From Candidatus Saccharimonadota bacterium (GTDB taxonomy: Bacteria > Patescibacteriota > Saccharimonadia > Saccharimonadales > Saccharimonadaceae), in the NCBI GenBank assembly GCA_001029695.1, contig CP011211.1, forward strand, positions 600,001-632,000: DNA of 32,000 nucleotides. Direction: 5' to 3'. This document shows positions 29,064-32,000 of this stretch, piece by piece. Made by a program: the position numbers and the translations under genes. Every line of letters starts with the position of its first letter. The first letter of the stretch is position 1. Under the pieces are notes generated by a model. It did no database searches. It worked only from the letters and a program-made list of their open reading frames with translations, and was not told the DNA's origin.

Positions 29064-30851
29064 CTATCGGTCGTTAGGGCCCATCTTTTGTTGGCGCAGT
29101 GCTTGAATCTTTTTCGTAAGATCGGTAATCTTCTCCCAGCTCGAGCCGTCACTGAGCACTGTCAGCACGTAATTACCCTTATCGGTAGAGTACACAACAC
29201 TTGAGTCGTTGTGGAATGTTCCTGATTCGCCAACCATGTGAGCTACGCGACCTTTCGTCACACCCTTGCCGATACCACCGTTGTCTTGATCGGCCTCCAT
29301 GTAACTCAGCAGCTGCTGTCCACCTTCTACTCGAGCAATTTGATTTTTAGCAAACCCAGTAACAACTTTATGAAGATCATTCGCCGATGTAGTCGTATCT
29401 TTACCTGCAAAAACGGTTGACTTCAAGCCTAGCTCAGCGCCTCGTGCAGTCGTCGTCTTATGACCCATGACCTGGTAAAACCCAGTACGACAGCTCTCGT
29501 CACTGCGCTGTACAAGAGCCTTGAGACAGTCTGTATAGTTGCGGTTCCCGGCGATCGTATCAACTGTACGAATCACCCCAGTACGCTGTTCCATAAGAGC
29601 AGCATACGCAATATATAAACTCTCAGCTCCCGCTGACTTGAAAGGTGTATCAGCATTAAATGATGCCTGACGTAGATTTCTCACACCAGACAGTTCAGTA
29701 AAGGCAAGGCCGTATGTGCCAGGGTTATCTTGGGCGAACTGCGCGAGTAGTGCAGACATGCCATTACTTGTCGGTGTGTAGGTACGAGTGTATTGCGTCG
29801 TAGGGCCAACATCTCGCGTAGCAGCGACCGCTGTCGAGGTCTTGTTGTTGATATATGCTTCGACAGACGCGAGAGCGGCATCCATATTAACTTCACGTCC
29901 ACCGGCGCCATTTACTCGTGACGTTTCCTTGAAATCAAGTGTAGAGACCTTGCTTACGCCAGGTTCTTTGATAAGTTTTGCTGCGATATTTGTATCGACA
30001 TACACTTTCATACGATCCTTATTAACCGAAAAAGCTAGCTTTGCTTTAATGTCGCTGTCCTTAAGACTTTCTGGTGGAATGTCACTCTTAAAGTCGAGCC
30101 ATCCCATAACAATTCGCCCAGGAATCGTGTCGGTTTCTTTATCAACGGCAATATTCATCGGCTCTTTAAGGCGATTATTGAGTGTCGTCGCTAGTTCACG
30201 GGCACGATCATCATCGACCGCAGCTGGTTTTTCGACAATCGATATCGTTACTTTGTTCTTTTCCGAATCAGAAGATGGCTTTACTTGAGCAAGTGCCTGC
30301 TGAAACTGCGTTATATCACATTCACCACCAGGAGCGGACGGTACAAGCTGAAGTTGACTCTCAACTACCTTAAGCGTTGCATCACGTGGCTCGATACTAC
30401 AACCGTCACCAACCTTACTTTGGGTATATGTCTCAATCTTTTTCTTATCATAAACATACTCCATATCATCTTCTTTTGGAGCAGTTCCTGCCCACAAAAA
30501 AGACCCTGGGATGATACGTAAATAGAATGGATAGCTAATAGCCGCAAGTCGCGCCTCATTACTCACAGCTATCCCCATCTCACTCATTTTTGGCGCCTGA
30601 AATGCTGCTTCATTTTTTCCAAAATAAATCTTTAGCGTCTGCTCGCCATATAAGTCATCAAGTTTTTTCGCTGCATCCGTACGCTTCATCCAGCCAAGCG
30701 AAACGCCATCTACGTTTGCATTTGGCAGCATACGACTATTTGGGTACACGATCTGAAAGATGATAGTTCCTAAAATCAAGATACCGAAGAAGACGCCAAC
30801 AAGCAGCTTCCAGTGTTGTTTCAACCAGTAATTTATTTGTAATGAGTTCAT
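29064..30851 (-). CDS. Membrane-anchored class-A beta-lactamase-fold protein with degenerate active site (probable pseudoenzyme)
   Basis: The 595-aa ORF has an N-terminal TM (LLVGVFFGILILGTIIFQIV). The C-terminal domain is paralogous to 30893.. but its motifs differ: SxxK is GAES (FKSAGAESLYIAYA), SDN is SDE, and K(T/S)G is MVG. Confidence 0.8.
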   Translation of the reverse strand: MNSLQINYWLKQHWKLLVGVFFGILILGTIIFQIVYPNSRMLPNANVDGVSLGWMKRTDAAKKLDDLYGEQTLKIYFGKNEAAFQAPKMSEMGIAVSNEARLAAISYPFYLRIIPGSFLWAGTAPKEDDMEYVYDKKKIETYTQSKVGDGCSIEPRDATLKVVESQLQLVPSAPGGECDITQFQQALAQVKPSSDSEKNKVTISIVEKPAAVDDDRARELATTLNNRLKEPMNIAVDKETDTIPGRIVMGWLDFKSDIPPESLKDSDIKAKLAFSVNKDRMKVYVDTNIAAKLIKEPGVSKVSTLDFKETSRVNGAGGREVNMDAALASVEAYINNKTSTAVAATRDVGPTTQYTRTYTPTSNGMSALLAQFAQDNPGTYGLAFTELSGVRNLRQASFNADTPFKSAGAESLYIAYAALMEQRTGVIRTVDTIAGNRNYTDCLKALVQRSDESCRTGFYQVMGHKTTTARGAELGLKSTVFAGKDTTTSANDLHKVVTGFAKNQIARVEGGQQLLSYMEADQDNGGIGKGVTKGRVAHMVGESGTFHNDSSVVYSTDKGNYVLTVLSDGSSWEKITDLTKKIQALRQQKMGPNDR

Positions 30852-30892
30852 ATATCACCAGTATACGTGGTGCTTATGCTTTTGTCATCATA

Positions 30893-32000
30893 CTATCGGG
30901 CCCGCAAGGCTTCGATCTGCTTCGTTAAGTCTGCAATTGTCGCCCAACTACTCCCATCGGTCATAATCGAAAGTACTGCAGGGCCAGAAGGTGTATAGAT
31001 AATAGCCGCATCATGCAACAAACCATCTAAGAATCCCACTTTATCCGCCACTTGACTGCTTGTTCCTGCGGGTATGCCTTGTCGATATATATTCCTCTTC
31101 ATTGCACCCAGTAAACGAGTACGGCTATCTGCAGATAGCAATTGCCCTGACTCGAGACTCGCGTTAAAAGTGGAGAGGTCACCAGCTGTTGTTAACGGTA
31201 TATCGCCAAGAAACGAAGTGCCAGTTAGCCCTATACTCTTCATTTCATCAGTGATTGCACGAAATCCAATCTTCGTCAGTAATGCTTCAGCACAAGGATT
31301 ATCCGACTTAACAATCATATCGTCAAAACATTTCTCCAAATTACGTCCACCACTTACAGCATCTGACCATTTCCACGCCCCAGACTCAACACGCTTTAGT
31401 GTGGAATAGGCAACAAAAAGCTTATACGTACTAGCGGTACGAAATTGCTTTGTATCCTGATAGGCAGCTCGACGACGCTGACCTGATAGCTCAACGAGCG
31501 AGACTCCATACGTGCCCGGATGCGACTCAGCATACTGCTGTAAAAGTGCCGAAAGGCCGGTGTCTGTAGGACTATAGCTTCGACTGTACTCAATTTTCGG
31601 CTGCACGACTCGCACTGCCACATTTGCGCTTTCAGCTTTGGTTTGCAAAAAATCAGTAATATTCCGTACTGTTGCATCAAGATCCATCGCCTGACCCTTC
31701 ACGCCATCTTGACGAGACGTCTCTACGAAGTCCATTGTCGACACTTTGCTCACTCCAGCAGCGCGTGTCACTTTTGGCGCGGCGTCCTTGTTCAGCTTTG
31801 TAGATGCCCTCTCTGGATTCACGACAGCTTGAAGCACCTTGCCATCTGCCACAGGATCAATCCATGATGCAACTTCAGCTGCAGTCAGTGAGACTGTCGC
31901 ATCTCCAGCTCTTAGCGCAACACCTTCACCAAGACGCTCTGTCACTCTCTTAATCACTGCACTCGCTGCATCATCCGTAATCTCAGGGGCAATCGTCTTC
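30893..32000 (-). CDS. Class-A beta-lactamase-fold serine hydrolase (5' end beyond the window)
   Basis: The track start at 31957 is a GTG and the frame stays open to 32000 (KTIAPEITDDAASAVIKRV...). Motifs are intact: ASTYK (SxxK), KSDNP (SDN) and DKVGF (KxG). Confidence 0.8.
   Translation of the reverse strand, partial: KTIAPEITDDAASAVIKRVTERLGEGVALRAGDATVSLTAAEVASWIDPVADGKVLQAVVNPERASTKLNKDAAPKVTRAAGVSKVSTMDFVETSRQDGVKGQAMDLDATVRNITDFLQTKAESANVAVRVVQPKIEYSRSYSPTDTGLSALLQQYAESHPGTYGVSLVELSGQRRRAAYQDTKQFRTASTYKLFVAYSTLKRVESGAWKWSDAVSGGRNLEKCFDDMIVKSDNPCAEALLTKIGFRAITDEMKSIGLTGTSFLGDIPLTTAGDLSTFNASLESGQLLSADSRTRLLGAMKRNIYRQGIPAGTSSQVADKVGFLDGLLHDAAIIYTPSGPAVLSIMTDGSSWATIADLTKQIEALRAR

Noticed and set aside
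26580-30521. Plus-strand ORFs inside the P-type ATPase (e.g. 27468..27995) and inside the beta-lactamase-fold gene (e.g. 29788..30288)
   Set aside because: They are antisense to long genes with clear family motifs and have Ser/Thr/Ala-rich shadow-frame composition.

Overview
This is a minus-strand-dominated 32-kb window from a compact bacterial chromosome. My unverified guess is a Patescibacteria/Saccharibacteria-like or other small-genome Gram-positive-type lineage. It falls into three blocks.

(1) 1-8050: stress and housekeeping genes (HD hydrolase, NUDIX, N-domain-less ClpB, histidine phosphatase, LD-carboxypeptidase, VIT1 transporter, Hsp20). They are separated by long spacers, and each spacer carries one copy of a mosaic 'hairpin + CTTGGCTC' repeat. 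clpB and hsp20 have CIRCE operators. Most monocistronic genes have a -10 box 6 nt from the ATG, a leaderless architecture.

(2) 8051 to about 25790: an integrative defence island of about 17.7 kb. Its left edge is a 52-codon remnant of a second Clp/Hsp100 gene and its right edge is a large serine recombinase. It carries a RadC-JAB gene, a NucS-like PD-(D/E)xK gene, and one 13-gene translationally coupled operon. That operon runs half-HsdS, HsdM, RhuM, a 2-TM protein, an OLD-type ATPase-TOPRIM nuclease, HsdS, HsdR and a DUF45/M48 peptidase. It ends in a five-gene module of unassigned function: a MutT-Nudix::SRA-like fusion, a PD-(D/E)xK::DEDD exonuclease (DUF2779-like), a cap-less HAD phosphatase, a conserved unknown, and a HEPN::CBS-pair protein. 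This module is my top candidate for an undescribed system.

(3) 25802-32000: an operon of frameshifted ArsR, a small membrane protein, a P1B-type ATPase and a Zn-ribbon protein. It is followed by tRNA-Asn with a duplicated trailer and two tandem class-A beta-lactamase-fold paralogues, one of them catalytically dead.

All family assignments come from motif reading by eye. No database search was possible.
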